DNA of 63,971 bases, the filler included, from Reticulomyxa filosa (Eukaryota; Protista; Foraminifera), in NCBI GenBank assembly GCA_000512085.1. It is 22 parts of 22 records of this genome, joined end to end, with 100 filler letters (N's around TTAATTAATTAA, not from the genome) between each part and the next. Parts side by side here need not be neighbours in the genome. Positions count along the whole stretch, not along the records: positions 48,281 to 50,299 come from ASPP01006838.1; positions 50,400 to 52,689 come from ASPP01001485.1; positions 52,790 to 54,214 come from ASPP01026894.1; positions 54,315 to 59,042 come from ASPP01010507.1; positions 59,143 to 61,529 come from ASPP01023812.1; positions 61,630 to 62,634 come from ASPP01017836.1; 16 more parts are not named here. One strand, 5' to 3'. How positions within the stretch are numbered: the first letter of the stretch is position 1; the number at the start of each line of letters is the position of its first letter. The position numbers were made by a program, and so were the translations under genes. The notes below the pieces were generated by a model. The model made no database searches. It had not been told where the DNA came from and worked only from the letters and a program-made list of their open reading frames with translations. This document shows positions 50,133-62,734 of this stretch, piece after piece.

Positions 50133-50299
50133 TTAGCTGAGTTTCCATTCAAAGGTCTGCAGCCGCTTGATGAACCAGCTCAGCGCCTGGCCTGGCTGCG
50201 CTTCTTTCCAAGCGTAGTGCAGCTGGACTGGTGTGCGCTTCTCTTCTACTTCCTTGATGACCAGGCGGCCGGCTGCAACATCATCGTGAATGCGGCATA
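50133..50299 (-). CDS. LysR-family transcriptional regulator, C-terminus (partial)
   Basis: RIHDDVAAGRLVIKEVEEKRTPVQLHYAWKEAQPGQALSWFIKRLQTFEWKLS* is a typical end of a LysR substrate-binding domain. Confidence 0.8.
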
Positions 50300-52055
50300 N
50301 NNNNNNNNNNNNNNNNNNNNNNNNNNNNNNNNNNNNNNNNNNNTTAATTAATTAANNNNNNNNNNNNNNNNNNNNNNNNNNNNNNNNNNNNNNNNNNNNT
50401 AAAGTTCATTGGAAAGAGTATCTAGTTGATACATTTACTAAAAAGGCTAGTTATATTCTTAAGTTTGTGTATTTTCTTCTTTTGAAATAAAACATTAAAA
50501 TTGAACGAATACCTTGGAGCAAAAAATATAAATAAGAAAGATGTCTTCAGTGTTAATTCAAACTAAAATCAAAAATTTTTTGATAGTTTCGCTGGAGAAC
50601 AAATGAAAAGCTTCTCCAGAACGAAAAGTATGTCGGCAAAATTCTGTAAACTGAATAAAATGTGTTGAAGAAGTGCATAAAATACTACTGCATTAAAATT
50701 AAATCATTTATACAAACATCAACTTTTTGATTTTTATTATAATATTTACCATTTATCTTTATCAACGTTTTCTTTGCCAATGATAAAATATTCTATTGTA
50801 ATGGCGTTACTGAAGAATGAATGAAACGCCAACAATAGAACAATCTGAGGCAGTTTTTTGAAAACACACTGACAATGATGATGGACTTCCATTAGGAAGG
50901 GCGTTAACCTTTAGGTAATAAAACGACTGTCTCAGCTATGAGGTAATTTTGGATTTCTAAATTCCCACAATTTTAACAATTTCTTTTTAATGTTTTTTTA
51001 ATATCTGTTGAAGAAAGTATATATAATATACATATAAAAAGTAATTTCAAACTCTTTTTAGAAAAAAACTTTTTTTAAAATTCATTTTATCAATTTTTAA
51101 ATTTTTTCAATCAGTCTAATCAGGAAAAGAAAAACATAACATATTTTCTCTCGATGTTATAGCATTGCCTCCACTTAAAAATAAAAACATTCAACGTAAG
51201 TGCGCACAATTAGTGACAAATAACACAATTTATTTTACAAACAATACTTTGCGATTTGTCTAGTGCAACAATTGTTTGTTTTTTTCCTATACACGACAAA
51301 ATTCTCAATTTTTAAGCAGAAAAACAATGTTCTTTTAAAAAACAATGTCAACAAGCCATGCATTCATTTCAACGCAACAACAGAAGCTCCAAACATACGC
51401 TCAAAAAAGTACCAGCAAAATGTTTTTTAGTGCTGTCAGTTTTTCTTAAACTTAACTTTATAAAAAAAGAATCCAAAACGTACAACACTTCTACAAAACA
51501 ACAACAATTATCCTTTCTAAATTGTGATCAAAAGTTTGACAAAAGAAAACCCTTGGGTAAAACTTTTCAAAAGCGAAATTCTTTTATTATGTTCGTGGTT
51601 GTCCGACCATAACTTGCTTGTTACAAATATATCTTCTCGGATCACTTTTTGATATTTTTTTTTTGCTTGATAAGATCCAATGAATGGAAAAAACGTAAGG
51701 ATTACTTCAAACAAATATTTCATTGTATCACAAAAAAAAAAAAATTATGAAACACATTGCTTGAATAAAATTTAAAATCAATTTGAACTGCATCAAACAA
51801 TACAAAGGATACTTAAAAGAAAATTATTTCCTAAATCGAGAATACATAAAACCAGAAGTTTTGTGAAAAGTGTTTGAAAAAAAAATTAGAATTTGCTTCA
51901 GACGTTATTCCTCCTCTAGATGAAGGATGTTGTTTATCTGAATGTATTACCCCTGGGATTTGCGTTTTTGTGGTGAAATTGACATCCGTTTTAGAAGGAT
52001 AAATATCTAAAGGAGACAGTTCTAACAACATCCTATTTAATTGTGATAGTTGTTA

Positions 52056-52217
52056 TGTATGTTCATCTTCTTCTGTATCTTTAAATTTTTTTATTGTAAT
52101 ATTTTCTTTTGTTTCCTTATTTTGGCATTTAAGTACAATTCCATAATCTCCTTCTCCTATTTTTGTTTCTATTATATAGATACAGGATTTACTTCTTATT
52201 TCATTTTCTGAATTCAT
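52056..52217 (-). pseudogene. CDKL-like (CMGC) protein kinase N-lobe remnant
   Basis: [30 protein letters not shown], then after a frameshift [10 protein letters not shown] and a stop. No catalytic loop is found downstream. Confidence 0.7.
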
Positions 52218-52896
52218 TTTTTTTTTTTAAAAAAAAGGTGCAACAGCAAAGAAAAAATGTAGCATCATTCTCTTTTCATTATGAGATTTGTTGTTCTCGG
52301 ACTGAATTATAATCATTTAACCTTACCAAAAAGATTTTTCTAATGTACTATTCGATCTTTTTTTTAATAAACGAATGTGGATGGTATTACTATGATGTAG
52401 CGCATGAGTTCTAGACCGGAAAAGAACGAATATTTGTTTATCTGATTTTTGTTTAAACAATAACATCATTCCGTTTTGTTTTCAAAAGCATAACTAAAAA
52501 TTGTAACTATTGAAAGAGCTTGTTATCTGATTGCAAAAGAATGGAAATATTTTTTGAAAAAAGTGTACCAGCAAAATAACACAAATTATTTATTTCAAAT
52601 ATAAAATAAATAAAAAACAAAATTATGATGAATTGAAGAGTTCTCTAAAAAGGGCCTAGTTCCAGATTTTTTATTTTTTTATGTTACATNNNNNNNNNNN
52701 NNNNNNNNNNNNNNNNNNNNNNNNNNNNNNNNNTTAATTAATTAANNNNNNNNNNNNNNNNNNNNNNNNNNNNNNNNNNNNNNNNNNNNTATGTATATAA
52801 TTTATAATCCGTTTCAACAAATATGTTTGCTTTTAACATTTGGAAAATTTTTAATTAACATGCATGCATGTATGTATGTGTATACGTGTATGTGCA

Positions 52897-54110
52897 AGAT
52901 CTATCATTGCTACTCTGATCACCACTCTACGATATTTACAGCCTTGCACAATTTGAAAAAGCAGTCGTCATCTGGAAAGGTACTCCAAGCAACCGAAAAT
53001 TTCAGGAAAATTCGCGGCTACGCTGGGGACACAATGCATTTGGCGAGGATGTTTGGAGGTGTCGGAGAGGACAACAATTTGGAGTTCCTCTACGACATAT
53101 GGGTGCCACAGACTCCAGATGGCAAGCACGTAGCCCTTCATCACACAATGGAAGATAAAAGCGACGATAATAATAATGATGGCAAAAGTAAAAACGATGA
53201 ACACATTATTAAGCCCAAAAGGAAGACGCATGACTCCATACAAAAAGATTTGGTCTTTTTTTTTTTTTGAATCTATTATTGTTTTCTACATATATAAATT
53301 TTTTTTGAAGACAACAAAAAAAAAAACGTACAAGTTTGGAGGCAGTAGTTTGATTTTGATATTTCATTTTATATACTTTATTTATTATAAATGCTTATGT
53401 ACGCATGATCAAAAAAAAAAAAGAAAGAAAACCCCCAAAATTTTTATGAACATTGCGGAATGGAGGCACAACGTACGTATAAGGTGTACAAAGAGTTGCG
53501 TAAACAATTGATAAACACGACATGCGAGCCAATGTTAGTAGCCACAGATTTAAAGAAGAAACTGGAGGAACTGATCGGCTCTGCAAAGCCGAATCTGACA
53601 TTGTGGGATGTCTATTTGTGCACTTGGCTCCCATTTGGACAGTTGTTGGCAAGTATGGAGACCGTTGGCTTCCCTTGTCAAACTCAAATTTTGAAGGAAA
53701 TGGAGGCTATTGCCAAGCAAGAGCGTCAGGAGCAGCACGATATTTTTAGGCAATGGATAAGGCCTTGGTTTGACAATCGAACAGAAATAATGAATCTCAA
53801 GAGGTTCTCTCTCTCTCTCTCTCTCTTTTTTTTTTAAATGTATTACAAAGAAAGGAGTGGAATGAAGAGGGAGGGAGGGGGGGGACACTAACTTAAAAAA
53901 AAAATATATATGTACATATGTATACGTACATATATGTGATCACTAAAAATTACTTAAAATCTATAATAATAATAAAAAAAAAAAAAAAAAAAAGTAAAGC
54001 ACAATTGGCAAAGTTCTTTTTTGGTGATCCGTCAGAAAAATGGGAAATACAGTTTGAGGTTAAAAACAATGAGGAAACCACTTCTTCTTCGTCAGGAAGA
54101 AAAAAAAAAA
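52897..54110 (+). CDS. Organellar family A DNA polymerase (POP type), exonuclease-to-thumb region (partial, multi-exon)
   Basis: IRGYAGDTMHLARM, LWDVYLCTWLPFGQLLASMETVGF, LKEMEAIAKQE....DIFRQW and MNL.SKAQLAKFFFG correspond to POP motifs DTMHMARLW, YW.PFGELL..ME..G and MNVGSD.QLRQLFFG. Confidence 0.75.
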
Positions 54111-54578
54111 AAGGTCCTTTTATCCCAAAGTTTTGTTTTGTTATTGTTATTGTTATTGTTGTTGTAATATCAACTTTCAAAATAAAATATTTTTTAGATT
54201 TATTATTATTATTANNNNNNNNNNNNNNNNNNNNNNNNNNNNNNNNNNNNNNNNNNNNTTAATTAATTAANNNNNNNNNNNNNNNNNNNNNNNNNNNNNN
54301 NNNNNNNNNNNNNNTTTTTTTTTTTTTTATTTCGTCATTTTATGTATCATAAAATACTATTACAACACCATCATTTTGTGTTTTTTTTGCTTTGCTTTGC
54401 TTTTCTTTGTTTTGTTTTGCTTTGCTGTTTTTGGTCATGAAAAAAAACACAACCTTTGACGTTTCAATTTACCCTTTTTACTTCCTCGCCGGATACTTTG
54501 TAATGAACTAAAAAACAATTTCGAAAGTGCATTCCTTTGGTTTAAAAAACAATGGGACAACAATTTTTTAAAAATGCT

Positions 54579-56758
54579 TTACAACAGTCTATCCCATATT
54601 CTAATTGTCTGATCTCTAGAACACGAAATAATTGTTTTCCCGTCAGGTGATACATCAACCCCTGTTACATCTTTTGAATGTCCTTTTAATTTCTCTATTT
54701 CTATTCCTAATTTTATATCCCATATTCGAATTGTTTTATCTGATGAACATGATACAATTGTTTCACCATCCATAAAATATTTCACATCCCTTACAATCTT
54801 GCTATGCCCGATCAGTCTTTTTATTTCTCTTCCTGATTTTATGTCCCATATTCGAATTATTCCATCAATCGCACAAGACACGATGCAACAATTATCTGGA
54901 GAAAATTGTGATTTCATTACACGTGAATATACTTTTAATTCTTTAATTATTTCAAACGATTCAATATCCCAAATTTTAATTTTTTCATCATCGGATGATG
55001 ATACAACCATTTTACCATTAGGTGAAAATTGTACATCATTAATTGGCATATCATGCCCCTCTATACTTTTTATTTGTTTACCAGATTGTACATCCCACAA
55101 TCGTATTGTTTGATCAAAAGAACAAGATATTATTGTTTTTCCATTTGGTGAAAATTGTGCTCTTCTTACATCTATCGTGTGGCCTTCTAATGTTTGTATT
55201 TCCGCACATGATTTTGTATCCCATAATCGAATTGTCTGATCATCAGAGGATGATATAATCATAGTTCCATCCAATGAAAATTGTGCATCATTTACCCAGC
55301 GTGAGTGTCCTTCTAATCCTTTAATCTCATTTTGTAATTTTATATCCAATGCTTTTGATTACTCCATTAGTTAAAGAAGCGACAATTTTAGTACAATCTG
55401 GTGAGAATTTTATAGTGTTAATACTTGTATTAGGAAACGATTGAAGAATTTTTAGTGGTTTGAAGTATCTCATCAAAATATATCTCAAAATGATAATGTC
55501 AAAATCTTGAATCCATCCCATTTTGATATGTAATAAGTGAATCCAATATTGGATTACTGTTTTAATTTCTTTGCTCCTTTTTAGTCTTTTAATATCCAAT
55601 TCTTGCTTCATTTCTTCCAACTGTAGCTTAATTTCTTCGATCTGTACTCTTTCTTGTTCCTGCTCAATCCATTGTTTTTCTATTTCTGTTTCTTCTTTTG
55701 TCCATTCTTTTACAAGTATTTTTTATGTGTGTCGACATTTGACTTTTTCCATTGTGTCCTCCAATCATATGTACAAACGAATCCCTATCCAATATTGCAA
55801 CGCAACCTGTTAGCGACATAGGTAAAGTCGCTTCGAATTTTATCCATTTATTTTCCGTTATTGAATACTTATAAATCTTGTTTGAAAAATCACTATCAAT
55901 ACCCTCTTCTCCACCAAAAAATAAAATAAAATTATTGACATATACATACGCATATGAAGATAGTGATTTAAGACTTGAACATACTCGTATGTCGTGAAAT
56001 TGAAATATATTTTCATCTTCATTGTACTTAATCATTAATCCCTTTTTAGCACAAAATAATATCATTTCATTTGCATTGCTATTGTTTGTTGAAACCAAGC
56101 AATGGTATTTTATCCCATCAGAATCACCATTACCATCATCGTCTTCATTTTCATTCTCTATTGGCAAAATATCATGTCTGATATATTGCAATGTGTTCGA
56201 ATTGAGCACGGCAATGTAATTGGGTTGGTATGTGATAAACAATAAATTGTTATGCTTTCCACCGATTACTGCACATGCTTCATGACAATTTTCTTCGTTT
56301 CCACCAATAAAAATCGGTTTATTGCTATCCTTATCTGTCAAAACAATCCATTCGTTACAATTTTCATTTTCTTTTTTTATAGTATTTGTTTCATTATCAT
56401 CATCATTCCAAACACTCACATATCTCATCATCAATGTATGCCGTGAATATTTCGATCCACTAAAAGACAATAAAGTAACTTCATTTAGATGTTCGTTTTT
56501 GATATTCGTCAACTTTATTATGCAATGCCCATATAATTCAACATCCATTGGATAAGAACAAATCAATTTATATTGTTTTTTAGTAATATGATAGGAATAA
56601 CAAAGGCTGTTCGATAGGCCTCCACAAATTAGAATTTCATCACCGTGTGCCACACATTGTGAAAGATAAAATGGGGTCGGTGAACAGGGCAGCTTTTCAA
56701 AGGAAATAGTAGTAGTATCAATTTTCATTTCATCTTCTTTCAGATCATTTCGATCCAT
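54579..56758 (-). CDS. Intronless Kelch propeller + coiled coil + helical linker + WD40 propeller protein (two 1-nt frame breaks)
   Basis: ORFs 55664..56758 (Kelch), 55327..55620 (linker) and 54579..55349 (six GH...WD-type repeats). They join into one frame if one base is removed from each of the T-runs at 55719-55724 and 55353-55356. Confidence 0.9.
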
Positions 56759-59700
56759 TCTTCACATACACAATTAGACTTTTGTTTTGTTTTCTCTCCT
56801 TAAAGAAACATATTAAAAACGTAAGAGTTTTTTTGTTAACAAAAAAAGTATTACCTTTGTTAGTGTTGACACGTCCAACTTGGCTATTCTGTTATTTCAA
56901 CAACAATCACAACAGATCACTATTTTCTTGATAAGTGCAATAGTAGTTTAATCATTTGTATTATGAGTTAGCACTTTTAAAGTGATCATGAATGTTATGA
57001 TTCAAATAAGGAAAAAAAATTTTTAGATACATATGCTGATATACACTACAAACATAGAAATTCTGATATAAAACCCACTTACATCATCGATACCAAAGTA
57101 AAACAAGTGGTTGGGGGGGAAGATTTTGAGAAAAAGGGGGAGAAAGTACAAAACGTAGTTCTTTTTTATTTCAACTTCACAACTTTCTGTCCTGACATTC
57201 TAGTAGAAAGAATCATCTTGTTTTTTTATTGTTATTATTTGCTTAGTTTTTTCTCATTGTTGTGCAAAAAAAGAACTTGGCAGTGGAGAAGTAAGTTTTT
57301 AAAGAACTTGTTGTCCTTTTTTTTAAATGACTCATTTTTTTTTGTTATTTGTTTGATTGTAGATTTTAAGATTTCAAAATATTTTTATATAATCAAAACA
57401 AAAAAAGGCGAAGTGACTTGCTTTAGCATCTCTGGCTTAACATTGGACTTAAAAACTCTTTCGAAATTTGCAGAATTTTTGCTTAACTCTTTGTAAGCAA
57501 AATTGGATTATTTGAAAGCATGTTCAAGCTTTTCTTCATAGACAATAAAAAAAAGGGTTGAAAAGAAATAATGTTAACAATAGCTCCAAAATAAATATTC
57601 GATTCAAATGTTCCAACCTTTTACAGTATTCCTTTACTTTCATACTTGTTTCTTCCATTTGTTTCAAAGTTAGCTTTGTTTCTTTTGAAGTGTTGCATCT
57701 ACTTTTACCAAAACATCACTGAACGACTTTGTCGACCTGAAAAAAACACTATTCGTACGCAAACGAAAAATTCTCAAAAAAAGTCGTCCTTCCAAGTGTT
57801 TTTTAAACGAAGCAACCATTTGTAAACACAATGATATATTTGGCACATATCTTTGTCCCGGTGAATTCATTGAATAATAATTCAATTTAAAAACTTAATT
57901 GCAATTAAAAATTTTTTTTAATTGTGGGTCATTTTGTTTAAATTATGGGTCATTTTTTATTTTTTTTGAACCTGTTTTTAAAAATGACCCAGTTTTATTC
58001 AAACAAATCAAAAAATGTTTTTTTCAATCAAATATTCACTAGTTAAGTCAGTTATTGTGTTATTCATCTGTTTTTGTCAAATCAAAAATATATCCAAAAA
58101 TCAATCAAATCAACGAGTTACAAGGGGGAACGTAGTCCCTTTTTTCAATTTTTTTCTATGTCATGGTGCATAGTGAAGCAACTTAATGATGAAGTTATGT
58201 TTACAAATTTTGGAAGTATGAGCAATTGTGAAAATATGTGTGTTGTTTTTTGTGGAGTTTCGTTTTGGTTTTTTAAAAAAGTACTTTTGTGTTTTACACG
58301 GATACATTTTTAGAAAAATCATTTACATGTTGTTTGTACTCAATGATGTGCTTTAAACTTTTTTCAATGATTTGCATTTGCCTCTTTGCTTTTTTTTCCT
58401 AAAATGTGCATATTACAAACTTTGTGAGTAAAGTCTCTTTCAAAAAGGGTCCCCTTGCCTTTTCACCTTTCTTAACCTGTTATAGCATTAGCTCTTTCAT
58501 GGAAAATGCAATTACTGTCCAAATGACATAGCCTAAAATTTGATTGGTTGTCACATGAATATAATAGCTTGAAGAAAAGGCGCTCTAAGGCTATTTCGTC
58601 TTTTTTTGAAGCACTGTTTTGTTTTTTTAACAAATTTTAAGTGAGCTTGTCTTTTGTTGTCGATAACAGCACATATTTGTAGTTGTTTTAATAACAATTT
58701 GAAAAATCCGCAAAACTGAGTGTATAAAATTTATTATACATGAAATATATAATTTCTGTGATAGCACTAGAATACCCTTTTAATACATGAATTTTATTAT
58801 TTGATTTGCACTCCATCTTCTGACGGTTTTGCATTGGAAGAAGAAACAAGTTTATTCTTTCATAACATTATCAATTTTTTTTTTTTTAAACTCAAAAGCA
58901 ATAACAAAAATGTATTATTTACCACAATATTACACATCATTCATCAACTCTTTTATTTTATGTTTTACTTTCAGTGTTTCTGCATGCACTTCTCCCAATG
59001 CTGCGCTGTAAATTTTATATGCTTCTTCAAAATATTTCAAAGNNNNNNNNNNNNNNNNNNNNNNNNNNNNNNNNNNNNNNNNNNNNTTAATTAATTAANN
59101 NNNNNNNNNNNNNNNNNNNNNNNNNNNNNNNNNNNNNNNNNNATCATCATCATCATCATCATTAGATTAAGTCGTCTTTTAGTTATTCGACTGAAGTTCA
59201 ATGATTCCAATTCCAATTGTTTAATCTTGATACAAAATTTTACAATTCTATTTAAAAAGATCTTGGAAAAAAAAAAAGAAATAGTCAAAAAGTAAACAAA
59301 ATTGTGTAAAAAAGTTTAGAGTGAAATAGTTAATACAGGTACATCATTAGTGAAATTACACCAGAAATATTTTGTGAGTAGATAAACGTTTTTATTGAAA
59401 AAAAAACAATGATGCTGACATCTAAAACGATAATGCAGGAAAAAAGACAAAAAATATTTGCAAAAATATAATTAATACTAGTCACGATTGCCCAAAGATA
59501 AACAATTTTGGCAGGATCATCTACGTTCAAAATGGAAGACCTAAGTGCATGTAGTTATCTTTGACTGCATGATAACTCAAATATTTTGTAAATTAAAAAG
59601 AATTTTGAACATAAAACTTCAACAACAAACAAACAAAATGAGTTACAAACAAAAATTTTTTTGAAATGCTTTAACAAGAACCAATCATACACAAATTTCT

Positions 59701-60146
59701 TTCCATTACAAAAAGGCTTTTTTTAGTAGTTTTGTTTATTTATTTAATTTGTGTTGCTGTGATATTTTTTTGTAGTTAATGTAACAAAGAAAATTTTTTT
59801 TGAAATAATCATGGCTGTCTTGGTGTCAGTTTTTTTAAAAAATTGTGTTACCTGATATATATAAACTCCTTGCATTGCAATGAACATCATTTAATAATTA
59901 GTATGCAAAAAAAAATTAATATCTCAATGAATAGGCATTACTTTGTATAGGATATTTTCAACTGTGACATGACATCTTTTCTTGTTAAAATTTTTTCTAA
60001 AATACTTTTTTGAAAAAACATTCATGTAATAACAAAAATTTACAAACAAATAATTTTACTTTTTTCAATTTGTGAAGTGAAACTTGGTGACCAAAGCAAT
60101 TAAAACGGTTTTTTGTTAGCTTTTTGGTAATGTAAGGTCAATAATT

Positions 60147-61496
60147 TCATCTTTTAATTTCGTCAACCAAATTAATTGAACCAGCTTGTTCAACTATTGA
60201 TGTATCAACTCCTTTAACTAATTCATTGATTTTTGGTTTAATATTTTTCGACACACCATCACTTATACTTACGCCGATGTTCACACTTTCCACAAAAGAT
60301 ATTGGCATTACTGCCTGTATCGTTGTGGGACTTATCAGTTGATTACTACTGACATTAGTTGCTAGATTCATCAATTGCGTTATGTTGTGTTGCATATATT
60401 GCACATATCGCATATAGTATATATATTGTACTTGTTGAAATCGTTTCATTTGTTCCATTTGTTCCTCAGTTTCTCTTTGAAAATTCGCAAATGGATTTGA
60501 GTCACTTTCACTCAACTTTTTTTGTCGTTTATTTGGTTTTTTTGGATCAACGAAGACTTCTTCTTCTTCCATTTCGTCTAGCCTGCGCTTTCTCTTTTCT
60601 TGGAAAGAGAGACGTACACTTTTTGTGTGAGTTGATTGTTGCACAGGCACATGCAGAGTGTCTAGCTTTTCCATATCATCAAAGCCCTTACTTACACTCA
60701 TGCTATCTTCTCTATTGTTATTGAGATATAAGCTATTGTCAATAATGTGGTTATCCATATGTAACAGTGATGGTTGTGTACGATTGTTTGTTTGTTTTGT
60801 GTTTTCCAATTCTATTATTGGAATATCATCGTAATCTTTAGGCTGTAAATCTGCCAAATCAAATGGCAAAGATTGGTTGTTTTTCCAAAGTCTGACATGT
60901 TTTCTATACCGTGCCAATATTTCTGCTGATCTCGCATTAAATCCACAAATTTTTTGTGGATATTTTTGTATTTTATCTATATTACTATGTTCAGTAGCAA
61001 AGGTGCGTACCTTTATACATTCTTCTTCCATGCAGGGACAAAATATACATTTGTTGCACTTAATATTCGCGTTTATAAATACGGGACATCTTGATTCGAC
61101 TAAACGAGGAAGTGCATATGCAGCATCACTATTAAGCTTGTTGTTACGCACCATGTAACATACATATTCTTTATCTAAATTATTTACATTGTTTGACCAC
61201 TTTAAATGTTCTCTATAACACGATAAAATAAATGTATGTGCACAGTTTTTGCACATGTAATGGCCACACGGAAATTGGCATATTTTTTCATATTTGTGGT
61301 ACACATAAAAAGATCTTCCACACAGTGCACAGGATCCTCTTGTACAATCCGCTTCTTCCAGCCTTCGACAAGGGAAAGGATAACTCTCGACTGAAATTGC
61401 ATTGTCTTTGCGAAACTTTGTGTTTTGGTTAATTGTGGCCGTTGCTGCGAAGAGGTCATTGGGATTATGTTCACTTACTCTCTTGTTAAAACTATT
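60147..61496 (-). CDS. RING-finger protein, large terminal exon
   Basis: The frame opens after a CAG acceptor at 61497 and reads CALCG...CQFPCGHYMCKNC...SRCPV...IKC, followed by basic NLS-like KRKRR and KKPNKRQKK. Confidence 0.7.
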   Translation of the reverse strand, partial: NSFNKRVSEHNPNDLFAATATINQNTKFRKDNAISVESYPFPCRRLEEADCTRGSCALCGRSFYVYHKYEKICQFPCGHYMCKNCAHTFILSCYREHLKWSNNVNNLDKEYVCYMVRNNKLNSDAAYALPRLVESRCPVFINANIKCNKCIFCPCMEEECIKVRTFATEHSNIDKIQKYPQKICGFNARSAEILARYRKHVRLWKNNQSLPFDLADLQPKDYDDIPIIELENTKQTNNRTQPSLLHMDNHIIDNSLYLNNNREDSMSVSKGFDDMEKLDTLHVPVQQSTHTKSVRLSFQEKRKRRLDEMEEEEVFVDPKKPNKRQKKLSESDSNPFANFQRETEEQMEQMKRFQQVQYIYYMRYVQYMQHNITQLMNLATNVSSNQLISPTTIQAVMPISFVESVNIGVSISDGVSKNIKPKINELVKGVDTSIVEQAGSINLVDEIKR

Positions 61497-61639
61497 CTGA
61501 AAAAAAGAAAAATATTTTACAAATAATCTNNNNNNNNNNNNNNNNNNNNNNNNNNNNNNNNNNNNNNNNNNNNTTAATTAATTAANNNNNNNNNNNNNNN
61601 NNNNNNNNNNNNNNNNNNNNNNNNNNNNNCTTTGTCCAG

Positions 61640-62490
61640 GAGGTGCCTTAACCTTTTTTTTTTTTTCCCGTCCCCCCCCCCCCGCCCCCCATTCCATGTC
61701 AATACGTACATATCACAAACAAACGAATAAATGTAATTTTTGTTGTTTATTTGCTTTCGTAGAAAGGAGGAAATGATAAATAAATATGTATATGTATGTA
61801 TATGTATGTATATGTACATGGGATATACCTCAATCCTTCCTGTACCGTGTCGCTGAGAATATAAAGCAATCCATCCGACGTACGGCTTGGAGGAATCGTG
61901 TTTGTGCATTGGACACTCAGGTAGATCAATTTGAGGTTTGCAAAGATGAAACCGAGACAACAAGTACATGCTATACCGACCACAGCGGCGCCAGAAAGGC
62001 TGTCCGCCACCGGCAGTAACCAGACGTGCTATTTGTTTTGTGGAGTGTGTGCCCTTATCTGGATTGGGTTTCTTGATCATAAACTCTACACTATCGCCAG
62101 GAAGCAGCATATCCACGTTCATGGTCTGTACAAGTATTTTCACAACAACTTGAACTTATTGAAAATGAAAGGGAAAAAAAAAAAGGCAATTGTGTGAATG
62201 TATTGGTTGGTTGATTAGTGGGCGGGAGGGAGGGGGAAAGCAATAATAAAATGGTGTCGTAACATGCAAAGTGGAGTTGGCTGCAAGAATAGTATTGTGC
62301 GCATAATCCTCGGGTTTAATGACAAGATATTTGCTCGCAAGAGACGAAGAAACCACATGACCTTTGTGTCTTGTATTTGGATCAGAGAACAGTTTGGTGC
62401 ACTGTTTCCAAGGACAATAGCTATTGTCACTGTGATAGCATAAAAGTGTTTGATTTGGACCAGTGATTTGGACCGCATTAAAATTTATCT
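61640..62490 (-). CDS. Hypothetical protein with possible cold-shock/OB-fold repeats (partial)
   Basis: LLPGDSVEFMIKK...ARLVTAGGG and FNAVQITGPN resemble the ends of cold-shock domains. Multi-exon. Confidence 0.35.
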
Positions 62491-62516
62491 CAACTCTTTT
62501 TTTTTTTCGTTATGCC

Positions 62517-62590
62517 ATTATTATTATTATTATTAATATTATTATTATTAATATTATTATTATTAATATTATTATTAATATTATTATTAA

Positions 62591-62634
<44 letters not shown>
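62517..62634. repeat. (ATT)n / ATTAAT microsatellite at a contig end
   Basis: Directly visible in the sequence. Confidence 0.9.
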
Positions 62635-62734
62635 NNNNNNNNNNNNNNNNNNNNNNNNNNNNNNNNNNNNNNNNNNNNTTAATTAATTAANNNNNNNNNN
62701 NNNNNNNNNNNNNNNNNNNNNNNNNNNNNNNNNN

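Larger units (their letters stand above)
48281..50299. other. Bacterial contig, likely Betaproteobacteria (Chromobacteriaceae-like); contaminant, food or associated bacterium
   Basis: Abrupt high GC, no introns, and a sigma70 promoter, RBS and rho-independent terminator. Contains minC, phasin and LysR genes, with spacers on both sides. Confidence 0.93.

Noticed and set aside
48281-50299. Horizontal transfer of PHA genes into the eukaryote
   Set aside because: The contig is entirely bacterial and bounded by spacers, with no host junction or introns.
3275-62734. Regularly recurring TTAATTAATTAA palindrome as a biological repeat or CRISPR-like array
   Set aside because: It is always centred in exactly 44+44 Ns, so it is a synthetic six-frame-stop contig linker. 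ORF ends containing X or ending in LIN/N are artefacts.
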